Assembly (NCBI GenBank): GCA_964649495.1
Contig: CAZYPR010000005.1
Span: 7,128 to 71,127 of the forward strand
Reading direction: 5' to 3'
DNA from: an uncultured Clostridia bacterium
GTDB taxonomy: Bacteria; Acidobacteriota; Aminicenantia; JBFLYD01; JBBIMS01
Length of the DNA: 64,000 nucleotides
Shown in pieces: positions 27,436-36,490 of the stretch. The notes beneath the pieces are model-generated. The model was not told the DNA's origin. It saw only the letters and a program-made list of their open reading frames with translations, and searched no databases. Within the stretch, counting starts at the first letter, position 1. Every line of letters starts with the position of its first letter. The translations under genes and the position numbers were made by a program.

Positions 27436-27848
27436 AAATAGCAATTGCTTCCGATGACGGAAAGACTATTTCCCCTCATTTCGGAAAAACAGAAGGATTC
27501 GTAATATTTGAAGTTTTTGGTCAGGAGATCAAAAAATCTGAATATCGTCAAAATTCCTTTACAGAACATGCTCTGGGCATGGAAGGTCTTCACAGAGCGG
27601 ACAAGCATAAGAGAATAATTGAAGCCCTAAGGGACTGTGATGTGGTAATTTCAAAAGGGATGGGAAGAAGATTGTATTTAGATCTTAAGGAATCAGGTAT
27701 AAGCCCAATTATAACTGATATGGAAGATGTGGAAAAGGCTCTTGAGCTTTATCTGAAGGGCATTTTAACCGATAACCCTGATAAAGCTTGCCACCACAAG
27801 GAAAGGAAGGAATGCGGAGAGAGAAAAAGAGAATGTAAGGAGGATTGA
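27432..27848 (+). CDS. Dinitrogenase FeMo-cofactor-binding family protein (NifX/NafY/NifB C-terminal-domain-like)
   Basis: MKIAIASDDGKTISPHFGKTEGFVIFEV...RDCDVVISKGMG matches the PF02579-type fold pattern (hfG.a..f.iye...) and carries a Cys-rich tail. Confidence 0.7.
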   Translation: MKIAIASDDGKTISPHFGKTEGFVIFEVFGQEIKKSEYRQNSFTEHALGMEGLHRADKHKRIIEALRDCDVVISKGMGRRLYLDLKESGISPIITDMEDVEKALELYLKGILTDNPDKACHHKERKECGERKRECKED

Positions 27849-27933
27849 TTTAAAGTAGTCTCATCGATAGGATGTTTATTTTTGTTGAAGAAAAAATAAA
27901 AATTGCAAATTTTAAATTTTTTCAATCTTCAAT

Positions 27934-28893
27934 TTACAATTTGCTATTATTCAACTTTTCTATCCAGTAAAGGCACTGGAGCATGCTTGAATGGTCTGCT
28001 AATCCTTTGCCCGCTATATCAAAGGCTGTTCCGTGAACGGGAGAAAGCCGAAGGATTGGAAGCCCAAGGGTCACATGAACTCCATCTTTGAAGTGAACCA
28101 ATTTAAATGGAATTAAACCCTGGTCATGGTAAAAGCAAAATATAATTACATCCTTTCTATCTTTAACCCTATGAAATAGAGAATCCGATGGAAAAGGTCC
28201 TGAGATTTTATAGCCATTTCTTCTCATTTTCTCAACTACTGGCTTTATAATTTTCTCTTCTTCCTCACCAATGGTTCCCTCCTCTCCCGCATGGGGATTA
28301 AGACCCGCAACAATAACCTCCAGATCAAGATTGAGCTTTTTAATTTCACTAAATATAAAATCTATAAAACTCTCTATCTCATTTTCCTTCAATTTTTCAA
28401 ATAAATTCTTCAGGGGGATATGATGGGTGAAAAGGACAACCTTTAAGTCATCGGAGAAAAATGTCATCGCAACTCTTCTTACTCCAAAATAATCCTTGAG
28501 AAAATCCGTATGCCCTCTGTATTTTATATCCGCCATTTCCCAGGCTAATTTGCTTATCGGAGCTGTGATCAGAGAATTTATTTTCCCTAATTTAGCAAAA
28601 AATAAAGCTCTTTCAAGATAGAGAAATGAGAGTCTTCCTCCTATGGGAGAAGGTTTTCCAATTACACCATCCTCTTCAGGAAAATCATCAAATATTCCGA
28701 CATTCTCCACTTTTTCAGTTTCTTCAATTGAACTAATGACTGGGAAACCAAGGTTTTTAAGATATTTCTTTGAGCCAAATATCAAAATTTTCTGTTGGAA
28801 ACTACTCTTTTTTATAAAATCTAAGACACTTCTTTCGGTTATCTCTGGACCTACACCAAAAGGATCTCCAATGGTTATCCCAATCACTGACAA
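27934..28893 (-). CDS. pdxA: 4-hydroxythreonine-4-phosphate dehydrogenase family (PdxA-like)
   Basis: IGITIGDPFGVGPEI N-terminus, GHTDFL metal-binding segment and NPHAGE motif. Confidence 0.8.
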   Translation of the reverse strand: MSVIGITIGDPFGVGPEITERSVLDFIKKSSFQQKILIFGSKKYLKNLGFPVISSIEETEKVENVGIFDDFPEEDGVIGKPSPIGGRLSFLYLERALFFAKLGKINSLITAPISKLAWEMADIKYRGHTDFLKDYFGVRRVAMTFFSDDLKVVLFTHHIPLKNLFEKLKENEIESFIDFIFSEIKKLNLDLEVIVAGLNPHAGEEGTIGEEEEKIIKPVVEKMRRNGYKISGPFPSDSLFHRVKDRKDVIIFCFYHDQGLIPFKLVHFKDGVHVTLGLPILRLSPVHGTAFDIAGKGLADHSSMLQCLYWIEKLNNSKL

Positions 28894-28896
28894 AAG

Positions 28897-29199
28897 CTAT
28901 TCTTCCTTCTTTATATCTTTGTAAATATACTGAATGGAATGTTTATAAATTAGTAAGTTTGGGGCATTCTCTCTTGTAACTTTTATGCATTCTTTATCAT
29001 ACCACTCAATTGTTCCCTTTATAACCTCTCCACTGTTGAGGACTATTGCCATTGGAGTTTTATTTGACATCTGTTTTAGATAATAGTAGTTTTCAGCATG
29101 GGTCTCGTAAGCTGGTGGGGTCTTTTTCTTTTGAGCGGGTTTCTCCTGAACCATTTTTTCTTTGAGCTCTGATAGGTTCGGTCTAATTAGCTTTCGCAT
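28897..29199 (-). CDS. Hfq-like Sm-fold RNA chaperone with a 45-aa N-terminal extension
   Basis: The segment PMAIVLNSGEVIKGTIEWYDKECIKVTRENAPNLLIYKHSIQYI aligns with Hfq Sm1/Sm2 ([37 protein letters not shown]), including the YKH[AS]I Sm2 motif. Confidence 0.5.
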   Translation of the reverse strand: MRKLIRPNLSELKEKMVQEKPAQKKKTPPAYETHAENYYYLKQMSNKTPMAIVLNSGEVIKGTIEWYDKECIKVTRENAPNLLIYKHSIQYIYKDIKKEE

Positions 29200-29272
29200 T
29201 CCGATTTCCTCCTCGAAATCTTATTTGCTTAAGAATATATTAAAACATTAAAATGAATAAATCAAGATAATT

Positions 29273-29608
29273 CTAACTTCCTTTTTCTTCAAATCTAATT
29301 GCATCTTCAATAAGTTTCTGTCCTTCCTCATCAATGTTCTCAAATTCAATGCCATACAAGAAAAGATCGTCAGATTTAACCACATTCACTATTCTCCCTT
29401 TTAGGGAAAGAATTAAATCATTAATCGCAATATCCAGGTCAAGGTAAGAATTCTCAGGGAACTCATATTTGCATTCGAGCCTTATCCCTTTCTTGCTTAT
29501 ATCAAGAGTCCGAGCATACCCCTCACAATCTGGAATAAGATTCTCGTTGTAATGAACAAATCTTACTAAATTTAAACTCTTTATTCTCTCGAAACGCCGT
29601 CTTTCCAT
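29273..29608 (-). CDS. PilZ-domain (c-di-GMP-binding) protein
   Basis: RxxxR (RRRFERIK) and D/NxSxxG (DISKKGIRLE) motifs at the canonical spacing. Confidence 0.65.
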   Translation of the reverse strand: MERRRFERIKSLNLVRFVHYNENLIPDCEGYARTLDISKKGIRLECKYEFPENSYLDLDIAINDLILSLKGRIVNVVKSDDLFLYGIEFENIDEEGQKLIEDAIRFEEKGS

Positions 29609-29675
29609 TTGATAAAATTATAATCCATAAAAAGATCTAATTCAAATCTATTGAGAAAGGAGGAGCCCATATTTT

Positions 29676-31760
29676 CTAAAACTCAATTTCCCTTCTCAGT
29701 TCCATCAGCTTTTTTAGAGATTTCTGTGCTGATTCATTTAATGGGTCTTTCTCAATAGCTTTTTTATAGTAATCCTCTGCCTCCATAAGAAGTAAATTAG
29801 CTCTCCCTTCATAAAATAAAGAGTTCTCAGGGAAAAGTTCCAAACTTATTTCCATTAAACTAAGAGCTTTGTCGAGCATTTTAAAATTTGAGAATTCATA
29901 AGCATAACTGAGAATTGAATTAGGCTCTATTGCTGTTCTATGAACTTTTCCCTTAAAAGCTTCCTTATAATAGGTTCTTGCTGTATCCAACTGTCCCGCT
30001 ACAAGGTATGCATTGGCAAGAGTAATAGAGGAGAGTGCGGATTCAGGATAAAGCTCTTTTGCAAGCTTTGCCATCTCAAAGGCTTTTCCAATTTTACCGT
30101 TTAAATAAAGTTTTCTTACAGCTTCATTAAACTGGGGAACAAAGTTGGGATAAATCTTTGCCTGTGAAAATGTTTTTTTAAGTTTTGCTCTCAGTTCACC
30201 TGGATCTGAAAAAGCACCAATAAAAAGTGTTCTTGTGAAATCGTTTAATGTCTTTAGCCAGTCCTTTTCCCATCCCTCCACCATCGCTTCAAAATCTTTA
30301 TTGAATCTGAATTCAGTGTCTTTTGAGATCTTTATGTAATCGGCAAAAAATGGTATAGCTCCATTTTTATAATAATAATCAATTTTTTGCTCACCAAATT
30401 TTTCCTTGAGAGTTTCTGCCATAAAGGAGCCAATTTTCTGATATGGTTCTCCCACCTTAGGATGAATACCATTAATAATTTTTCTTCGAGCTTCAGTTAA
30501 ATTCCTGAGTATTGATTCCCTTTCTGTTACTCTATTGAAAAATTTAAAAGCTTCTTCAACCTCTTTTCTCTCCTTTGTAAATGGTCTTTCGAATCTTTCG
30601 TAGAAACTCATTCCATAATTAAAAATTTCTGTAATTCCTGAAATAATAATCTCTTCCACAGGGTCTCCAGAATAAGGGTTTAAATTCAGGGGTTCGTTCA
30701 GAAGGAACTGCATTATTCTGAAACCATAAAGGAAGGGGTTTACACCCTCAAGATTGCAGGCAAAGGAAACCGCTATGTCCTTTTTAGGAAGATAAGCAAG
30801 AAATGTTCTTGTTTCCTGCTGTGAACCTGTGTGATAGACAATGTAATGACCATTTAAGGGTCTAACAAACCATCCATATCCGTAATTTGTGAGCTCTCCT
30901 CTCTTTGTTGTCATTGAAGTGAACATTTTATCGCGAAATTCCTTTGAAATTATTTTATTTTCCTTTAATCCTTTTATAAATTTTAAAAGATCTATAACTG
31001 TTGAACGAGTTCCACCACCCGCAAATCTACTGCTCATATCCACAAATTCAGAATTTTTTAGTTTTCCTTCTAAGATTCTGTAACCTTTTACCCTGTTGGG
31101 AATCACCTCCTCAGGAGAATCCATACAGGTGTTTTCCATTCCAAGAGGTTTCCAGATGTTCTCTTCCATATATTTCCCGTATGACATTTTTGATGCACCC
31201 TCTATTACAGCTCCGAGGAGGTTGTATCCATAACTGGAATAATTATAAAAAGTGCCTGGTTCTGCAACAAGGTCATAACCCGCAAAGATTTCGATTGCCT
31301 CCTTTGTATTCTTTGGAACCTTTATATGAAGCTCATCGTAAGACCTATAATGGGTTATACCTCCCAGATGTCCAAGAAGGTATCGAATTATTACAGGATA
31401 ATTTTTCCTCGGAAAATAAGGGACATATTTTTGAACCTCATCTTCAAGACTTATTTTACCCTTTTCAGAAAGTTGAAGGATTGCCAGAGCGGTCATTGGT
31501 TTTGTCACTGAGGCAAGGCGAAATGAAGAGCTCTCCTTCATGGGAATTCTATTTTCAACATCGGAAAAACCGAATCCTTTAGCCCATATAAAATCTCCTT
31601 TCATTATCCCTACTGCTATACCTGGAATTCTATCCACTTCCATCTGATTTTTTATAAAAGCCTCTATTTTGCTGATCTCTTCTGATAAATTTGTTTGAGA
31701 GTAAAGGGGAAAGGAGATTGACAAAAAGAATATAATTGTTAGGATTTTTATTTTTTTCAT
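29676..31760 (-). CDS. Serine hydrolase of the beta-lactamase/PBP (class C-like) family with a C-terminal TPR domain (secreted)
   Basis: Signal peptide, SxxK (ASVTKP), YxN-like and later motifs of the PF00144 family, then about 200 aa of TPR-like repeats. Confidence 0.75.
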   Translation of the reverse strand: MKKIKILTIIFFLSISFPLYSQTNLSEEISKIEAFIKNQMEVDRIPGIAVGIMKGDFIWAKGFGFSDVENRIPMKESSSFRLASVTKPMTALAILQLSEKGKISLEDEVQKYVPYFPRKNYPVIIRYLLGHLGGITHYRSYDELHIKVPKNTKEAIEIFAGYDLVAEPGTFYNYSSYGYNLLGAVIEGASKMSYGKYMEENIWKPLGMENTCMDSPEEVIPNRVKGYRILEGKLKNSEFVDMSSRFAGGGTRSTVIDLLKFIKGLKENKIISKEFRDKMFTSMTTKRGELTNYGYGWFVRPLNGHYIVYHTGSQQETRTFLAYLPKKDIAVSFACNLEGVNPFLYGFRIMQFLLNEPLNLNPYSGDPVEEIIISGITEIFNYGMSFYERFERPFTKERKEVEEAFKFFNRVTERESILRNLTEARRKIINGIHPKVGEPYQKIGSFMAETLKEKFGEQKIDYYYKNGAIPFFADYIKISKDTEFRFNKDFEAMVEGWEKDWLKTLNDFTRTLFIGAFSDPGELRAKLKKTFSQAKIYPNFVPQFNEAVRKLYLNGKIGKAFEMAKLAKELYPESALSSITLANAYLVAGQLDTARTYYKEAFKGKVHRTAIEPNSILSYAYEFSNFKMLDKALSLMEISLELFPENSLFYEGRANLLLMEAEDYYKKAIEKDPLNESAQKSLKKLMELRREIEF

Positions 31761-31868
31761 AGAACCCTCCCTAAGATAAAGCAGAATTTAAAAGGAGACA
31801 AAAAATATGAGTAAAAAGATTTAAAATTTTGAACATCCTTTATTAAATTTTGATTTTTAAACTTTATT

Positions 31869-32753
31869 TTACTTCTTCTCTAATAAAAGCTCTGAAATGG
31901 CTTTTCTCAGATCTTCACCTCTTAACTCAAAATATCTAAGGACTCCTTTCCTGTCAACAAGCCAGAGGGATGGTATTGAGTTTACTCCGTAAAGTTTCAC
32001 AGTATCATCATCCCATCCCTTTCCACTTAAAGAAATATTCCAGTTTACACCCTCACCCTCAAGATATTTCATCATATCATCTTTTTCATAATCAAGGCTT
32101 ATCCCTATTACATCAAATCCCTTATCCTTAAATTCCTCATAGCATTTTTTCACATTGGGCATCTCAGCCCTGCAACCAGGACACCAGCTCGCCCAGAACT
32201 GGACAAGAACAACCTTACCCTTCTGTTCTGATAGGGTATACTTCTTTCCTGAGATTGTCTCAACAGTGAAATCCTTTGCGGGTTTCCCTATTCCAATTTT
32301 TTCCATTAACTTAGAGAGAACTTTTTGAAATTTTGGATTCTTCCTTATGGAGTCAAATTCTTTCTCTTCTAGGGTAGAATAGGAAATAAATCCTCTATTT
32401 ACAGATTCTTCAAGCCATTCAATAGCCTTCTCCTCATTTTTAAGCCTTAGATAAACAGATACAATATCCATGGAGTTCCATGGGCTTTTCTTTTCAGAAA
32501 TTTTATCTTTCTTTATTGCAGTTTCAAGGGCAGAATCTAACCTTCCCAATTCCATGAGAATAGCAAATTTTGCATTTAAGAGATTTCTTGTCTCACCAAA
32601 TTCCTTTATCCCATTTTCAACCTCGGAAAGTGCCTCTTCATATTTCTTCTGGGAGTAAAGTTCTCTTGCCTTTTTCAAAACATCCCTCTCATCTGAAAAA
32701 AGGGAAAATGCGAATATCAGTAAAAAAATACTCAAAATTATTGATCTTTTCAT
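31869..32753 (-). CDS. TlpA/ResA-like thiol-disulfide oxidoreductase with an N-terminal TPR-like domain
   Basis: Signal peptide. WASWCPGCRAEMP thioredoxin CxxC motif in the C-terminal half. Confidence 0.75.
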   Translation of the reverse strand: MKRSIILSIFLLIFAFSLFSDERDVLKKARELYSQKKYEEALSEVENGIKEFGETRNLLNAKFAILMELGRLDSALETAIKKDKISEKKSPWNSMDIVSVYLRLKNEEKAIEWLEESVNRGFISYSTLEEKEFDSIRKNPKFQKVLSKLMEKIGIGKPAKDFTVETISGKKYTLSEQKGKVVLVQFWASWCPGCRAEMPNVKKCYEEFKDKGFDVIGISLDYEKDDMMKYLEGEGVNWNISLSGKGWDDDTVKLYGVNSIPSLWLVDRKGVLRYFELRGEDLRKAISELLLEKK

Positions 32754-32755
32754 CT

Positions 32756-33139
32756 CTACTCCTTTCTATTAATTTTAATGAAAAATAAAAGATGCCACAA
32801 CCCAAAAATTAAGTCAATAATTCCAAAAAATAAAAATAAAAATTTTGCTCCAAAAAATGTATAGTGAATTACAAGGAAAATAAAGCCAGAGAATCTTGCA
32901 ATAATTGCTCCTATTATAATTCCTCTCTCTTTTTCTGGTCTTAAAGCTGCCTGAATGTAGAAAAATGGGAGTATGAAAAGAAGTAAGCCTGCAAATCTGA
33001 AATACATGATTTCTTGTGGGTAAGGAACCCCAAATAGCTTTACAGCAGATGGGAAGAAAAGTATTAAAATTGAAGCAAGCCAGTCCCAAAATGAACCAGC
33101 CCAAAAACTTATTGATAAAACTCTCAATCTTTTTTCCAT
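32756..33139 (-). CDS. Small polytopic membrane protein, unknown function
   Basis: About four hydrophobic helices. Tightly spaced between the TlpA-like gene and truD. Confidence 0.4.
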   Translation of the reverse strand: MEKRLRVLSISFWAGSFWDWLASILILFFPSAVKLFGVPYPQEIMYFRFAGLLLFILPFFYIQAALRPEKERGIIIGAIIARFSGFIFLVIHYTFFGAKFLFLFFGIIDLIFGLWHLLFFIKINRKE

Positions 33140-34284
33140 TTTACCTCCAATCTCTTCGTAACCATTGTTGCATAACTCCCCCTTGGAAGCGAAAATTCAA
33201 TCTTTATTTTTCTTTTCCCCCTGTAAAGCTCATCCTCTCCCTCTTCAATTACTTTTAAATCTTCAGGAACCACAATTGCTCTCCTCTGAAAGGATCTGAA
33301 ATAAGCTTTTCTTAAAACTGATGTTCTGAAATTGCTCCTTTTTATCCCCCTCTCTTTTAGAATCTCTTCAAATATATCCTTAGCAAGCACATCATAAAAA
33401 ATCATCTTTGCTGAAGGAGTGGGAATTTTCAAATTTTTCAAATATGAAAATGTTTCATCATCAATTTCTTCCCAGAATAGATAAGGACCTTCAATCCCTT
33501 TAACCTCAATGATTTCCTTTATTTTTATTTTTAACAATCTCCTTAAAACTTCGTTCCAGAGATGGGACTGATACGATGAGTAGAGCATGGAAACTTCTTC
33601 CTTTGGGATAGTGTGAAGAGCCTTTGCAAAATTACCCTCTTCCCTCAAAATCTTAAAAATCTTTTTCTCGATAGGAGATTCTGCTATTTCCAAACATTTA
33701 TCCCAATCCCTCCAGTTTTTGAAAAACTCCTCCCTTCTTCTTTTTTCATCTCCTTTCATTTCAGGAGTTACAGATGTGAGAAAGACTTGGAGGGCACCGT
33801 TCCACTGCTTTTTCAATACTCTTTCTCCGAAGAAACCTCTTCTCGGATCAAAACTTCTAAACCTCTGATCATTGAAAAAATTAGGGACTCCGAATTTTTT
33901 AATCTCCTCAAGATTTTTCAAAATATTCTCTGAATTTTTTATGTTTCTCAATGTAATTTTAAAGTGATTGGAAATTATAAGGTCAGGACCCATAGGTCTT
34001 TGAGCTCTTCCCAGGAGCTTCAAAGAAAAATACTTCTCCTCTCTGCTAAAATCCCTTCTATCTTTTATTGTAATAAATTGATATGTTATTCCATGTTTAT
34101 CTTTTTTCCCACCATAAGAAATGGAAGTAATGGGAATTTTCAAAATCCTTGAGATGTGATTTAAAATATCAACTGTATTCCAACCCTTTTTTCTCAGTAA
34201 ATAAACACCAAAATCTCCCTCGTTATCCAAGGAAATTCCCGCTCTCTCCTCAACAATAAAATCTTCATCTATTACTTTTATCAT
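33124..34284 (-). CDS. truD: tRNA pseudouridine(13) synthase TruD
   Basis: DEDFIVEE..., GGKKDKHGIT (catalytic Asp region GxKDxxA) and GVPNFFNDQRF match the TruD signatures. Confidence 0.75.
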   Translation of the reverse strand: MIKVIDEDFIVEERAGISLDNEGDFGVYLLRKKGWNTVDILNHISRILKIPITSISYGGKKDKHGITYQFITIKDRRDFSREEKYFSLKLLGRAQRPMGPDLIISNHFKITLRNIKNSENILKNLEEIKKFGVPNFFNDQRFRSFDPRRGFFGERVLKKQWNGALQVFLTSVTPEMKGDEKRRREEFFKNWRDWDKCLEIAESPIEKKIFKILREEGNFAKALHTIPKEEVSMLYSSYQSHLWNEVLRRLLKIKIKEIIEVKGIEGPYLFWEEIDDETFSYLKNLKIPTPSAKMIFYDVLAKDIFEEILKERGIKRSNFRTSVLRKAYFRSFQRRAIVVPEDLKVIEEGEDELYRGKRKIKIEFSLPRGSYATMVTKRLEVKWKKD

Positions 34285-34290
34285 TCAAAA

Positions 34291-35436
34291 TTAATCCCAT
34301 ATATTTTCTAACAAATCCAGGCCGAGTCCTGGTTTTTCAGAAAGAATTAGTTTTCCTTTGACTGTTTCTACTCCTTTAAATGGATCATTGGTTATTAAAA
34401 GATTTCCGTCAAGGTCAACATAGTCAAAAAGGGGAGAGATTGAGGCTCCCGCAGTAATTGCCGCAGAGGTCTCAATCATGCAACCGAGCATGATTTTAAG
34501 ACCAAAGGTTCGAGCCATTGCAACCATTCTCAATGCCTCCTGAATTCCTCCGCACTTCATTAATTTTATATTGATTCCGTGAAAAGCTTCCGCAATTTTT
34601 GGAATATCGAAAGATGTCATAAGACTTTCATCAGCGAAAATTGGAATTTTTGCTCTCTCCTTTAGCCACTTCTGTTCTTCAAGCATGGAAGCGGGTAATG
34701 GTTGCTCTATAAACTCAACACCCCTTTCAGCCATCCAGTTTATCATTTCCAGAGCCTCCTCCTTAGACTTCCAACCCTCATTGGCATCAACTCGCAAAGG
34801 TTTATCCGTAACTTCTCTAATCCCTTCAATTATTTTTTTATCATTCTCAGTTCCAACTTTTATTTTATAAATTGGAAACTCCTTTGCCTCCATTACTTTC
34901 TCCTGCATCACCTTAACTTCATCAATTCCGATGGAAAAACTTGTAAGAGGTGCTTTATTTTTGTTTAAACCTAAAAATCTGTAGAGGGGAACATTCAATT
35001 TTTTACAAACCCAATCGAGTATTGCCATATCAATAGCAGATTTTCCCGCATGTTCTCCTGGAGAAATTGAATCAATCTCAAACCACAGATCATGATACTC
35101 CCAAAGATTCTTTTCAAGGATTGGTTTTGCTTTCTCTATAAATGAGAGAGCAGATTCTGCACTCTCATTATATCTTGCAATGGGTGCAGCCTCTCCAAAT
35201 CCTGTAACACCATCCCTTTCAATTTTCAGGAGAACATTCCTTCTCGTTGTCCATGTTCCTCTTGAAAGACCCCACGCATGTTTAAGTTTAACTTCATAAA
35301 TTTTTGCTTTCACTACAGTCTTACCCGATGAAGAAATCGAAATATCCTTTAAAGTCTCAAAGGGAAAGAAATGCGTTGAAAGAATTAATCCAGAAAATTC
35401 AATGAACTCTCTTCTTCTCATAATTACCTCCTCCAT
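34291..35436 (-). CDS. Enolase-superfamily enzyme (dipeptide epimerase / MR-MLE type) with a twin-arginine-like N-terminal extension
   Basis: KIKVG...DANEGW...FIEQPLP...FADES metal-ligand pattern of the MR/MLE family. The N-terminus is MRRREFIEFSGLILS. Confidence 0.75.
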   Translation of the reverse strand: MEEVIMRRREFIEFSGLILSTHFFPFETLKDISISSSGKTVVKAKIYEVKLKHAWGLSRGTWTTRRNVLLKIERDGVTGFGEAAPIARYNESAESALSFIEKAKPILEKNLWEYHDLWFEIDSISPGEHAGKSAIDMAILDWVCKKLNVPLYRFLGLNKNKAPLTSFSIGIDEVKVMQEKVMEAKEFPIYKIKVGTENDKKIIEGIREVTDKPLRVDANEGWKSKEEALEMINWMAERGVEFIEQPLPASMLEEQKWLKERAKIPIFADESLMTSFDIPKIAEAFHGINIKLMKCGGIQEALRMVAMARTFGLKIMLGCMIETSAAITAGASISPLFDYVDLDGNLLITNDPFKGVETVKGKLILSEKPGLGLDLLENIWD

Positions 35437-35581
35437 TTTTAATAAACAGGCATATAAGTTTTCTTCTTAATTAAACTTTCAAAAAAGAATTATATATCTA
35501 AATCCCTTTACTTCCAACTCTTTTATTCAGAAAGTTCAAAATTTGATTTGATGGATGCGAATATGTTATATTCTCTAATCT

Positions 35582-36490
35582 ATGAGTAAGTTTAAAGTAT
35601 ATGTTGAACTTGCAAGACCATTTACTCTAATAGCTCCTTTTTTAGGATTTATCTCAGGTGGTATATGCTCTTGGGGAGCATATCCAAAAACTTCTTTCTC
35701 TTTTAAATATCTTTTCTATATTTTGATAGGGTCATTAATGGCAGCAACTCTCAACGCTGCTTCCAATACATTGAATCAAATATTTGACCTCGAAATAGAT
35801 AAAGTAAATAAACCAAAGAGACCCCTTCCCTCTAAAAGAATTTCAGTAAAGGAAGCATTTGTTTTCAGCATTACCCTATACTTAATTTCATTTTTACTTG
35901 CCTGGTTTGTATCTCCTGATGGAAGGAAGGAATGCTTTTTACTTGTTGTCTTAGCTGCTCTCATGACTTTCATCTATTCCTGCCCCCCATTCAGAACAAA
36001 AAGATGGGGGATTGGAGCAAACATTACCATTGCAGTTCCAAGAGGTATTCTTCTTAAAGTTGCAGGATGGTCATCGGTAAAATCAATTATGAGATTTGAA
36101 CCATGGTATATAGGTCTAATATTTGGGCTCTTCCTTCTTGGTGCTACATCCACAAAGGATTTCTCTGATATGGAGGGGGACAGACAAGGGAACTGCATAA
36201 CCCTTCCGATAAAGTATGGAGTCAAAAAAGCTGCTTATATAATCTCTCCTTTTTTTGTATTCCCATTTCTTCTTATACCTCTTGGTGTAAAAATTGAAGT
36301 TTTAACTGGCAATCCCCTCCTTCTAACACTTTTCGGATTAAGTCTCTCTGCCTGGGGAATTTATGTGGTTTATTTAATTGTCAAAAAACCTGAGGAACTT
36401 GCTGTTGATGAAAACCACATATCCTGGAAGCACATGTATATGATGATGTTCTACGCCCAGATAGGATTCGCCCTTTCCTATATTTTCTGA
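35582..36490 (+). CDS. UbiA-family aromatic/isoprenoid prenyltransferase (integral membrane)
   Basis: NxxxDxxxD motif NQIFDLEIDKVNKPKRPLPS and a second Asp-rich motif (DMEGD) within about 8 TM helices. Confidence 0.75.
   Translation: MSKFKVYVELARPFTLIAPFLGFISGGICSWGAYPKTSFSFKYLFYILIGSLMAATLNAASNTLNQIFDLEIDKVNKPKRPLPSKRISVKEAFVFSITLYLISFLLAWFVSPDGRKECFLLVVLAALMTFIYSCPPFRTKRWGIGANITIAVPRGILLKVAGWSSVKSIMRFEPWYIGLIFGLFLLGATSTKDFSDMEGDRQGNCITLPIKYGVKKAAYIISPFFVFPFLLIPLGVKIEVLTGNPLLLTLFGLSLSAWGIYVVYLIVKKPEELAVDENHISWKHMYMMMFYAQIGFALSYIF

Noticed and set aside
27137-27608. Overlapping ORFs 27137..27340 (+), 27172..27444 (-) and 27324..27608 (-) around the DUF5320-like and NifX-like genes
   Set aside because: They are alternative-frame or antisense readings of the better-supported genes at 27133..27435 and 27432..27848. 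They have no independent signals.
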